DNA of 64,000 bases from Schizosaccharomyces osmophilus (lineage: Eukaryota): contig NC_079238.1 in assembly GCF_027921745.1 (NCBI RefSeq), positions 372,001 through 436,000 of the forward strand, in the 5' to 3' direction. Below are positions 25,909-36,781 of this stretch, in pieces; the stretch's first letter is position 1, and the number at the start of each line of letters is the position of its first letter. Under the pieces are notes generated by a model. That model saw only the letters and a list, made by a program, of their open reading frames with translations, did not search any database and had not been told where the DNA came from. Both the position numbers and the translations under genes were made by a program.

Positions 25909-28533
25909 TTAGAGTTTTTGATTCTTTCCAAAATCATTGCTGTTCATGGGAGCCGCATATGTACTCGTTGTCATAACGGGTTCTAAAGCCGTTGAGTCAG
26001 ATACATGGGTTAAAGATTGTCCTAACGCCAAGTCTTCCTCATTCATTATTGGATTCGCATATTTGGGCTTGTGGCCATGATGCTTTGTATAAGACCTCGA
26101 AAGGCTTTTATTCAACATCTTCGATTGACGTCGTTCAAATTGCTCCTTCGCAGTATCCATGTTGTTCAAATCAACATAGTCAACCATCGTCAATTTCTCT
26201 TCATGTTTCGCCAATTCCTCGTCAGAATCGTCTTCAGAAGATACTTCGTCCTTCGGTTTACCAACAGCTTCTGTCTTTCCGGAGTAAACCAAATGAAGTA
26301 ACGAACGTGCGTCTTCTCGAATCAAAGGTACCATTAAAGGAGTATATGTCGATGGATGACCGAAACAAATCTCACTTTCGACGTGATTAAGAGAATCCTC
26401 AACGGAAGAGTAAGGATCCTCAATTATGAAATGCGCCTTAGGGTCTAAGCATATCGCGCAGTAAATCTTGAAAAATATTACAAACGCGAAAGTTGGTATT
26501 AGACAAAATGCACGCGTAAGTCCACCACGCGCCCAAATGCATAAAAACAAAATAACATTTGCCAACTCAAGTCCAAATAGGATTCTATTTACCACTGGAC
26601 GCCAAAAACGACCACCGCTTTCTGCAGAAGTTTCCGAAATGTACATCAAATTATATTTTTGGGCCATGTAATTTGAGCAGAATGTTGCCACGGCAAATAG
26701 CAATACCAAAGGACTTACGCAGGCATAGCATATTGCGACGGTAAAGAAAAACAGCACTTTGTTAAGAGAACTGCTGTAAAAAAATTTTTGAGGAGAAGTC
26801 CATTCAAAGATATCACGAGGAGTAGGTGAAAAAAATCTTTTCTTTATAATACGAATAGTTAAGCTGATCGGTTGGGCCATTTGAAACAAGAACGACGTGA
26901 ATGAATGAGCAATATACATAATCCAAAACGAAGAAAATCCAACGAAGGCAGTTACTAACCATGGTACCGGTTCAGACGTCTTAAAAATCGTCAGTCCTTC
27001 AGCAAAATTTCCTTCTTGTTCTGTTTTGGCTATAATAAGAGCTATAACCCTCCAAATAACAGAAAGAACAGTATAAATAATGAAGTTATCAAAGGTAAAA
27101 ATAACGTACAACTTGTTCAGTACTCTCCTTTCTCTCGCACTTTTAGTCAGACTACCCTGGAATGATGAAATTCTACGTAGCACAACTTCCAAGAGGGTAA
27201 AGAGCAATGAAGTTAATGCAGGACTGATAATACCTTGAACAATTGACCAGAATCCTGAATGAACATTGAGCTGACGTGAAAACCATGGCCATACATTACC
27301 AAGATTCCAGAGGTTTGCTATAAAAATAGCAAAAAGGGCGTTTTCTGGAATCCAGGCAACGAGTAAAGCAATGAAAAGCAAATTTCCCATAATTCGATTG
27401 AAAGCCCGACTACTTCTAGGAAGGGATAGATTATCCCATAACATATCCTCTGGCTGAGGACATCTATGGATTGCTGCTCCAAGAGCCTTTGAGTTCATTC
27501 TAGCAATCTGATGAGAAGTGAACGAAGAATTGTAGGTTAAAAACCCATACTGCTCAAATCTATTTTCTTCGAGGGATTCTCGAGCAATGTTCACTCGAAG
27601 CGCATAGTTTTCAATCTTTGAGTTGTAGTAATCAATGGCATCAACTTTTTCATAATTAAACAATCCATGCTTAATCGTATGAACTGGGCGCACTTCCGGT
27701 ATTTGTTTAGGATCCTTGAAGTACTTTGCAAAGACTGCTTCAAGAGCATACACAGCATTGTTGTATTTTTTGACAAGACCGGGAAGATTATTTATGGCAT
27801 GACAGATGTGGTAATAAATTGGTCTATCACTCTTTTTCAAATGAGCAGCAACAGCTGCTAAACCTTTTAAAGAACGAAGCGAAGAAGGGATGTCAGCCAC
27901 CAACAAAGAACGAGTACTAATATTATTTTGGTAAGCAGCACTTCTGTAGTAGCGCTGCTGGATGCGACTTACAATACGATAGTATTTGAATAAGAAAGCC
28001 AAGACAACACCATTCATAAAGTATCCAAGTACGATGTGTGCAACTGTCCATTTTCCTGAGACATTTTGAAAAGATAACTTCGCATACGCGTTCGTTGCAT
28101 TGGAAGTGCTATCTGATTCGTTCGAAGCAATAACGTTGATTGGTATCAGAATAATGCAACAAAAGAAAGCCAAGACGCCAAAGAGATCTCTACAAAATCG
28201 AGAAAACAAGAGAAAGATTGTGGCATCCGCGCCAATATCATATAGACAATCTTCAACTCTTACATTCCAAAGAGGTTCTATCCATCCGAAGAGACTTTTT
28301 TTCATGGGAGGAATGCTGGTATCACGCTTTGCATATTTCAATCTAGGAGAATAAACATACTTAAAAGTCCTTCGAAGACATACAAAGAGCGTTAAGAGTA
28401 AGGTCGCAAATAAGCTGGTAAATGCTAAAGAAACCAGGATAGAGTACTTATCAAATTTTTCTTGAGAGTTTTCATTATTTATAGTTTGTTGAATTTGAGT
28501 CCAAAAACTGGTTCGTTTCGTAAAAATAAGCAT
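25909..28533 (-). CDS. rsn1: CSC1/OSCA/TMEM63-family multi-pass membrane protein Rsn1
   Basis: VYSPRL, GADATIFLLFSRF, ILIPINV, CPQPEDMLWDNL, KYNLMYI and ESGGRFW motifs with about 11 hydrophobic segments. First ATG at 28533. Confidence 0.85.
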   Translation of the reverse strand: MLIFTKRTSFWTQIQQTINNENSQEKFDKYSILVSLAFTSLFATLLLTLFVCLRRTFKYVYSPRLKYAKRDTSIPPMKKSLFGWIEPLWNVRVEDCLYDIGADATIFLLFSRFCRDLFGVLAFFCCIILIPINVIASNESDSTSNATNAYAKLSFQNVSGKWTVAHIVLGYFMNGVVLAFLFKYYRIVSRIQQRYYRSAAYQNNISTRSLLVADIPSSLRSLKGLAAVAAHLKKSDRPIYYHICHAINNLPGLVKKYNNAVYALEAVFAKYFKDPKQIPEVRPVHTIKHGLFNYEKVDAIDYYNSKIENYALRVNIARESLEENRFEQYGFLTYNSSFTSHQIARMNSKALGAAIHRCPQPEDMLWDNLSLPRSSRAFNRIMGNLLFIALLVAWIPENALFAIFIANLWNLGNVWPWFSRQLNVHSGFWSIVQGIISPALTSLLFTLLEVVLRRISSFQGSLTKSARERRVLNKLYVIFTFDNFIIYTVLSVIWRVIALIIAKTEQEGNFAEGLTIFKTSEPVPWLVTAFVGFSSFWIMYIAHSFTSFLFQMAQPISLTIRIIKKRFFSPTPRDIFEWTSPQKFFYSSSLNKVLFFFTVAICYACVSPLVLLFAVATFCSNYMAQKYNLMYISETSAESGGRFWRPVVNRILFGLELANVILFLCIWARGGLTRAFCLIPTFAFVIFFKIYCAICLDPKAHFIIEDPYSSVEDSLNHVESEICFGHPSTYTPLMVPLIREDARSLLHLVYSGKTEAVGKPKDEVSSEDDSDEELAKHEEKLTMVDYVDLNNMDTAKEQFERRQSKMLNKSLSRSYTKHHGHKPKYANPIMNEEDLALGQSLTHVSDSTALEPVMTTSTYAAPMNSNDFGKNQKL

Positions 28534-29493
28534 CGTGAAGGGAAATAATGAATAGGAAGGTTTTTGAGTAAGCTCTGCAAGCAATGGTATATAGAGGAAG
28601 AGATATCAAAATGTATATGTCAAATCCTTGTTAATTATGACAAGAACTAGGCTTGATTAGGTACTCAAAGGAAATGTTTGACAAGTTGAATTTAACGAAA
28701 GACCAAATTAAAATGGAATGAAGGAATGATTCAACACGCAAAGAGAAATACTGGTACATCCACAATCGATACAGCGAGCAGAATATATAACGGAAGCGGT
28801 CAACTCCTTTCTATAAAAAGTTGCTTGATTTCTAAAGTTTGGATGACAGCAGAATATAACAAATCTGATGATTTCTTTCCTTCAACTCTTTAATTGGGAT
28901 TTTTTATTATTATGTTCGTTTTATAAATATGTTGGATGAAATGTAAAACAAAGCAATTCAATTTAGTGACCTGTGAATTGACGACGGTGTATGTAAGAGT
29001 GGCTTTGAAATTGCCTGAGGCGCAGGAATGATATTTGTTAAGAAGTAAATTTTCACTTCCACCTGCCTATAAAGAAATTGCCTGTTCTTTTATTTGGTTA
29101 GGGGTATGGTTTTGGGTAAATTGCAGTCGCAATGGGATGGTAAATATAAAGGGTATCGACTTAAAGAGAACAAAGAAATGATGCAGAATGCTTGATACGT
29201 AAAAGATCAAAGGAAATACATGTAAATAAAATTTCTTTTACATGTACAATATTGCTATTTTGATTGAATGACTACCAGAAACAGAAATCCCTACCATACT
29301 ATGAAACACCTAAAAAAGAATATTCTTTTGTAAACAAACTTCAGTGTGAAGTAAAAATGAACAGTAAATACATTTAATGAAAAACATTAATAATAATTAT
29401 AATCAACAGCTATTGTCGCCTTGAAATCGCCGTATAATGTAATGACATGTAAAGGATGTAGTAGTGCTATTGACTTTGTAAGTCGTAACTATA

Positions 29494-31872
29494 TTAAGCA
29501 GTCTTTAATGCTTTATGAGCCCGATCAATCGCTTTCGAAAAACGATCGATTTCCCCTTGTACTTGATCATGATTGTTATCCAGCAGGGCATCCATTATGG
29601 AAGGAAAAACGACACCCTCTTTTCCTAACCGATTAGGTCCGTAAATTAGATGCTTGAACCATTCATGGTCAGGAAGGCCGGTCTCATCTAAAAATGCATT
29701 TTCAAATCTCGCGAGCTTCGCATTAAAACCTTCTAGCTCTGGATGCTTTTTCGTAGTAAGAAAATAGCTGTTGTGAAGCATAAGGGAATGCCACTCTGAA
29801 ATCGCAGCCATAAACTTCTTAGAAGTCTGAACAAGCTCCTCATATTCTTGTTTCACATGATCAAACGACAACGACCTCTCTTTAAGAGTCGCTTGAAGCT
29901 GTTCTAGTATAGTTCCAAGATACTGAACAGAAGTCTCCAAATCATACGGTACTACGGGATCATTAGAAAGAAACAATGCCAGTAGGGACCATATTTTTGC
30001 GAGACGATCTGCTTTGTCCCAATAGGATGATCCAAACATGCTAATCCAACTTTCCGTGTCCTTACAGGTGCCTAGAAACGGTAAAGGTTGCGAACTGTCT
30101 GCACCTCTTTCAAATCCCAATTCCACCACAGGAACACCAGCGTATGTTAGGAACGGGGTAGCATCTGATACGTAATCAAAAGTGTTCATATTAATATCGG
30201 GTGAACCCAGGCTGTTATCCTCGTTCATCAAACGAATCGCTTTCAGAACCACATTCTTCAACCCTGACACGGTATTTACAGCGAATACATCTCCAAAAAC
30301 TTCCACATCAATGTTCAAGTATGCCACGGCCTTTACCTGAAGCCATTCTTTCCAATGTTCGACCCACTCTGTGCTACCTATGGCATTATACTGCTTGGCG
30401 TCCCAACTGGCGAAAACGATAGTCCGGCGGGGTCGCCACGCAAGGTTTTTAGCCATATCTGAAAACGTAAAGATAATATCCATCAACAAAGCAGTACTCA
30501 CTGCTGATTCGGATGCACCACCGCACCATGAATCTCGAGGTGCTCCTATGATAAGAACTTGATCGGGCTCTCTACCAGTGATTTGTCCTAGGATATTTAC
30601 CACTGGTTGCTTCTTCTTCGAATCAAACTCTGATTCAACTTGAAGCATTAGCGAAGATTCCGAGGAAGAACCTGTCCAAAGCTCAAGAGAAGACGGAAGT
30701 CTCGATTTCCAGCTATCCGCAAAAATCTGTTCGCCACGGCCTTTTAATCTTCCCAATAGGTCAATAGCGTCACGATACGTTATTGGTATAGCAACAACTT
30801 TAGAAAGAACTTGCGCATTTTCAGGCCGTATCCTGCTAGAATCCCAATGGGACGGTGTTCCTGGAGTAAGAGGATCGCCTAAATAGTAGTATGACTTGGC
30901 AACGCTCCCGCGATATAATAGGTCGTCAGAAGGGTAAGGACCTTCGGGATATATTTCAGCCTTATGATTTTGTTCTACATCAGTATATGAGTCGTCAAAC
31001 ACAAGTACTGCTGAAGCACCATATCTTTCGGCATTTTCAATAGCTATAGAAACATTTTTACGATTGCTGCGTAAGAGAATAACGGAGGAATTCAATTGAA
31101 TGTTCTTCTCCTCCAATGCTTGAAAGTCATCTGCCGCACCCTGGTTAGCATATACGAGAGGTGCTTCCAATTTTCCGGATGCGCTATAAGCATAAGAAGA
31201 AAGCGAGTCGACCCAAGTGTCTTTATAATTAGGGATTTCATAATTTTCAGAAAGTGTAGGCTGAAATGAATCGTCATCAGTTATTCTTAGAGATAGTGAT
31301 TTGGGGTAGTTTAGGTAGGCATAAAACTTTTTAGTATCAACCGCATCCAGTGATTCATAGCTTAAAACATCGAGCAAGTATTCTACAAGTGCAGAATCCC
31401 CCATTGTCCCCGATACATGAGGAAGAGAAGCGAACGTGGTTGTCTGAGACTGAATATTCGAAGCACGGCTGTTTTTTATATAATCAACTAAGAAAGCTTC
31501 ATCAAGATGAGGAACTGACTTCCACGGAGGGCTACTGTCAAAATATCCGTAGTAACTTGCCATAATTATAATGGTTGCGATTACGAGCAGATAAATGGAG
31601 TAAAATGGAATTCGATAAAATCTGGACGCAAACTTGTGGTGAAACGAATGACAGGCAGATTCCCAACCCTCATGAATGGCTTCGAATTTGGACCGTAAAC
31701 GAGGGAACCGTGGAGCCCCAGGAGGCTCTAAAACTTCCATGGGCTCTAACGGCCGTTGTTCCTCTGTTCGTGGTTCATTTTGAATCTGTATAAATTCGGA
31801 GTTTACAGCGACCTCTTCGTAACTCGGTGGTTCCCTAGGTGGAGGAACATATAGGTGCTTTTCATCAGACAT
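29494..31872 (-). CDS. tre1: Tre1/Vps70-like M28 / transferrin-receptor-like type II membrane protein
   Basis: N-terminal PY motif PPSYEE, one TM segment, PA domain (YANQG, GDPLTPG), degenerate catalytic motifs (GAPRDSW, FASWDAKQY) and dimerisation domain WFKHLIYGP. Confidence 0.85.
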   Translation of the reverse strand: MSDEKHLYVPPPREPPSYEEVAVNSEFIQIQNEPRTEEQRPLEPMEVLEPPGAPRFPRLRSKFEAIHEGWESACHSFHHKFASRFYRIPFYSIYLLVIATIIIMASYYGYFDSSPPWKSVPHLDEAFLVDYIKNSRASNIQSQTTTFASLPHVSGTMGDSALVEYLLDVLSYESLDAVDTKKFYAYLNYPKSLSLRITDDDSFQPTLSENYEIPNYKDTWVDSLSSYAYSASGKLEAPLVYANQGAADDFQALEEKNIQLNSSVILLRSNRKNVSIAIENAERYGASAVLVFDDSYTDVEQNHKAEIYPEGPYPSDDLLYRGSVAKSYYYLGDPLTPGTPSHWDSSRIRPENAQVLSKVVAIPITYRDAIDLLGRLKGRGEQIFADSWKSRLPSSLELWTGSSSESSLMLQVESEFDSKKKQPVVNILGQITGREPDQVLIIGAPRDSWCGGASESAVSTALLMDIIFTFSDMAKNLAWRPRRTIVFASWDAKQYNAIGSTEWVEHWKEWLQVKAVAYLNIDVEVFGDVFAVNTVSGLKNVVLKAIRLMNEDNSLGSPDINMNTFDYVSDATPFLTYAGVPVVELGFERGADSSQPLPFLGTCKDTESWISMFGSSYWDKADRLAKIWSLLALFLSNDPVVPYDLETSVQYLGTILEQLQATLKERSLSFDHVKQEYEELVQTSKKFMAAISEWHSLMLHNSYFLTTKKHPELEGFNAKLARFENAFLDETGLPDHEWFKHLIYGPNRLGKEGVVFPSIMDALLDNNHDQVQGEIDRFSKAIDRAHKALKTA

Positions 31873-34115
31873 TCTGAAAATCTATGAGAATATTAAGGAG
31901 AGTGCATATAATGTGAAAGCAAGAAAATAAATAGTCGTAAAGGGAGAAATAAGAAATAGAAACACAAGGCAATCAGAAATTGAGGACAAATTTTTCTATC
32001 AGTAAATTCACAAAGGATAGAAATTTCAATCTGAACTCTCCTTCATAAAGATAAAAGTAAACACCAGAAACAGTGATTATACAGTAGAGCCAAAACTAAA
32101 ACAAAGTGAAAGAATTGAGGTATCCCACTATAAGAATAACCTCACGAAAAAATGATAAGAAACCCAAATTTTTCAATTACCGATATGACACGAATAAAGG
32201 AATGAAACTAAAAAAGCGCTTCATAGAAGAACAGTATACTATGAAAAAAAACAAGCGCTTTTAACTTTTCCTTGGTCTCAGCAATGAGTAAGGAAAATCT
32301 CACTGGAATGGGGGAAACAGAAGCGAAAAAGTCAACTGTGGTCTTAGCGTTCTTAAGACAGTAGAAAAGAGAATGAGTTTGAAAATTTCATAGAGAGAGT
32401 TGTAATTAGCCTTTCAAAGTACTCCAGTAAGGTATATGAATTCCACTCCTACAACTGGAAACTAGTTGGATGAAGGGAAGTGGTGGTCCTACTGACTTAC
32501 TGATCATAAGAAGCGTCAGGTAAAAATCTTAGCTTATTAACATTAAGAATGCGCGTATACTTATTTTGAAATATGGATATACGAATAGGTTTTGCTATTA
32601 TTAGCTATTGGAGATTTTAGGATTCATGAAGAGTTGTCCATCTGGTTACGTTTGAGCCTGGACAATTAAATTCCCTAAAAGAAAAGCCTCTTATGAGCTC
32701 TTAATCTGAACTCGACGGTCTGCAAGAAGGGTTCAGCGCTGCAATGAGAGGGAAAGCTTAGTTTGCTCAAGTTCGGGCCGGTGGGTGTGAACCGGAATTT
32801 TCTCGCACATTATCGAAGAAATTATTACATTGGTTTTAATTACTAGGACTACATATTTTGATCGGATACTGTCGCTGTCGTTAGAACGGGTTCGCGTTTA
32901 GTCGCAGCTCGATAAGCACATAATATCTTCCGTGGCTTCTGGGAGCCTTGCTTTATTATATCTAAGCTAGCTTTCTGTAATTTCTTTTTGATCATTGCTC
33001 TTCTTTTTTTGCTAGTAAGCTCTGTAAGGGAAGAATAGCTCACATCACAAAGAAGAGGAATTGAACTTTCGGTCTTGCAGCATGCTATAAATTGAAGGTC
33101 TAGGAAATCTGTGAAAGACAGCGTCAAGAATTCACGTCGTCAATGTGGACGAGACTATTTGTTTTGATTTTCCTAGTGCAACAAGTAACTGAATGCAGAC
33201 CAATTAGGAAATCTCTCTGGGACGGAATTAAGCAGCTCATAGCAAAGCAGAGAAGCCGATATCTTTATCTCAGTCAAAAAAATGGCATTTATGCTCAATC
33301 GATGATGCAACTTGACTGTCTCTCATTCGTATATACATGAAGCATTCAGCTTTCAATTTCAGATTTTTTGTACCTTCAACCTTTCGAGCAGAATAGAGTA
33401 ATATACATTAATAACTGGAGATGCTATGAAAGGATGTTGACCTTATACAAAAAAATTGCGTTGACTTTTACATCTCATTTGAGTATTGCCTTTCTTTGAA
33501 AAAAATTTACACCTGAAATAGGACTCATTATTAAAAGGATAACCATTTGGACAGTGTTTACAAATGTTAGCTCGATTATTGATTAAAAGAAACGTAATAA
33601 ATATTGGTGGGATCTTGTATTCCCATACTGTCTTGTAATTTGGAAAGGAGGCCTTCATTACTAATGATTCTGTCTTCAATTTCGATTGTCAGAAATAGAA
33701 TAGTATGGTTTCCTATACATGTTCATAAAAGCAAACATACAAATAAATAGTACAGGTAGCGTCGTCAGGAACCGTTTATTGTATAATTTCTATAAATTCG
33801 TTTCGACGTCTGCCAACGAAAACCAGAGAAAAGGAAAAGCTTTTTTTGTTAAATTGATTTCGAAAGGAAAGATACTCTATTTGGTTGTGCAAAGTTCAAA
33901 GCTTTTGCTAAGCGGCATCTTGAAAAGGCTGCGTAGTTATTCCTTTGTTGAGGAATTATCTCGAGACCCTATTCTTCAGGAAGTCTTTATTGAAGCGAAT
34001 TATCATTAAACAAAGTGTCATAAACGTACCTGGCCTTCATTAAGCTCACCATGTGTAATTTAGGATACCAACTCCTGTAAATATATTAGCTTACTTTTCT
34101 CTTAAGATCATTACT

Positions 34116-34186
34116 GCTTTGGTGGTTTAGTGGTATAATGCTTCGTTGCCATCGAAGCGACCCGGGTTCGATTCCCGGCCGAAGCA
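34116..34186 (+). tRNA. tRNA-Gly(GCC)
   Basis: Cloverleaf: acceptor GCTTTGG/CCGAAGC, anticodon arm CTTCG-TTGCCAT-CGAAG, T-loop GGTTCGATTCC, T-runs downstream. Confidence 0.96.
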
Positions 34187-34416
34187 AACTTTATTACCTT
34201 TTTGCCTCTATAAAAGAGAAAAGCAAATCAATGAGCATTGCTTCTTCTTCATCTTCGAAGGAAGAATGGCCCAGGTCTCACTTATATCAACACCTGTTAT
34301 TCACCAGTTTTCATTCGAGGAAAGCCTGACAATGACAAATCCCCATCAATATGGTTTCACTCTTATTCAATACTATTCACCATATATGTGAAATAACTAA
34401 AAAAGCACATTAATTC

Positions 34417-34535
34417 GTCTACGGCCACACCTAGGCGAAAACACCAGTTCCCGTCCGATCACTGCAGTTAAGCGTCTGAGGGTCTCGTTAGTACTATGGT
34501 TGGAGACAACATGGGAATCCGGGATGCTGTAGGCT
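34417..34535 (+). rRNA. Dispersed 5S rRNA gene
   Basis: 119 nt GTCTACGGCC...CCGATC...AGTTAAGC...AGTACTA...TGGGAATCC...GCTGTAGGCT followed by a TTTT terminator. Near-identical to the fission-yeast 5S sequence as recalled. Confidence 0.97.
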
Positions 34536-35416
34536 TTTCACTTTTTGATTACTATTTTAATTGCTGACCATTGATTTCGTTTGGTATAATCGCTCACTTG
34601 ACCAAGTTTGTACTAACTAGCGTTTCACTGGACTTATCGCAAAAGTGTTACTTCGGCGGTAACATGAGACACTTGCTGTCAGTTATAGTCATTTGTTTGT
34701 ATAATTATCATCGATAATAATTGAGTTGCCTCGGTTTCTATCCTCAAACGAATACAATAAGTTGTTGTCGCTCGGTTCCATCTCGAATTAGCTAAGAAAA
34801 CACACTAACACTGTTTATACGGCTTCAACTCATAAAGAAAAAAGCAAAAGACTTCAAAATTTTCTCGGTTGTTTACAATTCCATAAACAAACAGGTTTTC
34901 TTTGGAATTTTACAAATAAATGTTGTCAAAAGCAAGTCAAGTCATAAAGGTCAATAAAAGAAACTGAAAAAGAATTGCTAAACTCGGCTTCACTGGAAAC
35001 TGTCAGGCATAACCCATAGCAATTTGAATTCGGCAACAGCAAAGAAAGAACCGATTTATGTTGAATTTACAGTTTCGAGGCATTGTAGCTATATACTTAG
35101 AGGAAACTTCAATATGCAAATCCAGAAACGGTAGACAGCTTCCGTTCCTGTTTTATTTGACGCATGATTTCAATTGAATTCGTTTTATATAAAGTTTTTA
35201 TATTTTCACAAATTCTTGAAATGATAGAAAAAGAAAAGAATGCGCTCGGTTGTGGAGGATTTTCAGTAAAGAATAAACGCTAGGGATGAAAATCATCTCC
35301 TAAAACACTAAAGTTAATGATATCAAGGCGCATTTAATTTCACTTTTCTCGGTATGAACTTGCCTTTAGCCATATTCTTTTTTAGGAAACCCATTTTTAA
35401 GATGCGAGACACTCAA

Positions 35417-36781
35417 ATGGGCAAACGAGGCCTGTTCTTTTTTGTTTGTTATACCCTTGTCACGTTAATTAAAGCGAATAGTCAATTAGGACTTTTGAAT
35501 CCTAAATTTCCTCCTAATGTTGTTTATGAGAGCCTCGAGCAATCTAGCTTTACCTTCGGACTTCGTTGTGTACAGATGGATGCAGACGAATTGCACCCAA
35601 AGTATAACCATATTTCAACTTTTGAGAGATTAGGAGGAGGCATTGCTGTCACTTATTTTCCAGCGGAGGAATGGAGATTGGCTCTTGGTGATACTATAGA
35701 AATGGAACGACTTTTTCAAGCTGCTATGGCCATGAAAAGCTACACTAGGTATCCTGCCATTAAAGCCATTCACCCTAACGAAAGAGATAACCTTACTGGT
35801 CCATTCCCTTACCACGGTGGTTCTGTCCGCAGCCTCACTTTTCCTTCAAACTTCACCTACCCAGAACATTCTGTAAACTTTGAAGAAAAGAATAGCGGAA
35901 CATATTGCGTTGCTTCAAGACCACTGTCAAAAGAAGGATCACCAGGTGAACCGTTTCTTGAACTTAATGAACCTTTCAGTTTTGGTGATAATTTCAACTA
36001 TTACCCTAAAAATGCATCTTATTACAGTCCTTTGTTCTTCACTTTTGGCTTTCTTATGCTCTCTACTTATTGGATCTATGCGATGGTTTGCCAACGATCG
36101 AAAATTCCTCCAGCGCAACACGGACTTTTGCTACTCATTGTTAGTTCAGCTTTTGGAACACCATTCTTCTTTTGGTGGACTAAATCTTGTAACTACAATT
36201 ATCTAGGATTTTTCACTCCTTGGAATCTGCAAACGATTAAGGAATCATTTGACATTTTTACCGAGCGCCTGGTACTATTTTTAGCTGCTTTCGGTTTTGG
36301 AGTATGGCGTCCAATTCGCCGAAACTTTATTTTTGGGGGAACACTCATTTTGCTTGTTCCCTTCGTTTTTCGTGTCATTATCAAATTCCTCCATTGGAAG
36401 TTCTGGGTAGACGAAACAGCCTTGGATTTGATTAATGAGTTTTTGAACCACTCTAGTGATAGTATGATTTGGGCGTATGCAATTTATCTTTTGTACCAAG
36501 CGTATACATCTGCGTCTTCCATGAAGTCAACGCAGACCTCAAGGTTGATAAAACATTCTCTTGTTTATTGCGTTTCTATGATTACACTACGTCCTTTTGT
36601 ATTGGCCTATTTCAAAACCATTTTCTCATGGACACCCACTGCCATAGAACCTGGCGTGGAGGACTTTGTACGCTGGTCGATTCGCTACACAACGGAAGTT
36701 TTAATCCCCTGCTATATATGGTGTCCATCACAGAATGAACGGATTGCTTACAAAGCCGAAGGATCTACAGAGTTCAATTAA
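35417..36781 (+). CDS. Divergent PTM1/GOST (Lung_7-TM_R-like) membrane protein with signal peptide, luminal domain and multiple TM segments
   Basis: Intronless ORF with alternative ATGs at 35354, 35402 and 35417. Hydrophobic N-terminus, then GTYCV, YW...IPPAQ, LFLAAFGFGVWRP and YIWCPSQNERIAY, which resemble the PTM1/TMEM87 motifs GYYCV, ILPVQ, GYGVVxP and LWRPSxNN. Confidence 0.65.
   Translation: MGKRGLFFFVCYTLVTLIKANSQLGLLNPKFPPNVVYESLEQSSFTFGLRCVQMDADELHPKYNHISTFERLGGGIAVTYFPAEEWRLALGDTIEMERLFQAAMAMKSYTRYPAIKAIHPNERDNLTGPFPYHGGSVRSLTFPSNFTYPEHSVNFEEKNSGTYCVASRPLSKEGSPGEPFLELNEPFSFGDNFNYYPKNASYYSPLFFTFGFLMLSTYWIYAMVCQRSKIPPAQHGLLLLIVSSAFGTPFFFWWTKSCNYNYLGFFTPWNLQTIKESFDIFTERLVLFLAAFGFGVWRPIRRNFIFGGTLILLVPFVFRVIIKFLHWKFWVDETALDLINEFLNHSSDSMIWAYAIYLLYQAYTSASSMKSTQTSRLIKHSLVYCVSMITLRPFVLAYFKTIFSWTPTAIEPGVEDFVRWSIRYTTEVLIPCYIWCPSQNERIAYKAEGSTEFN

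Noticed and set aside
32400..35350. Solo LTR or retrotransposon near the tRNA and 5S genes
   Set aside because: No convincing TG...CA boundaries with target-site duplication, no direct repeat and no gag/pol motifs found by eye.
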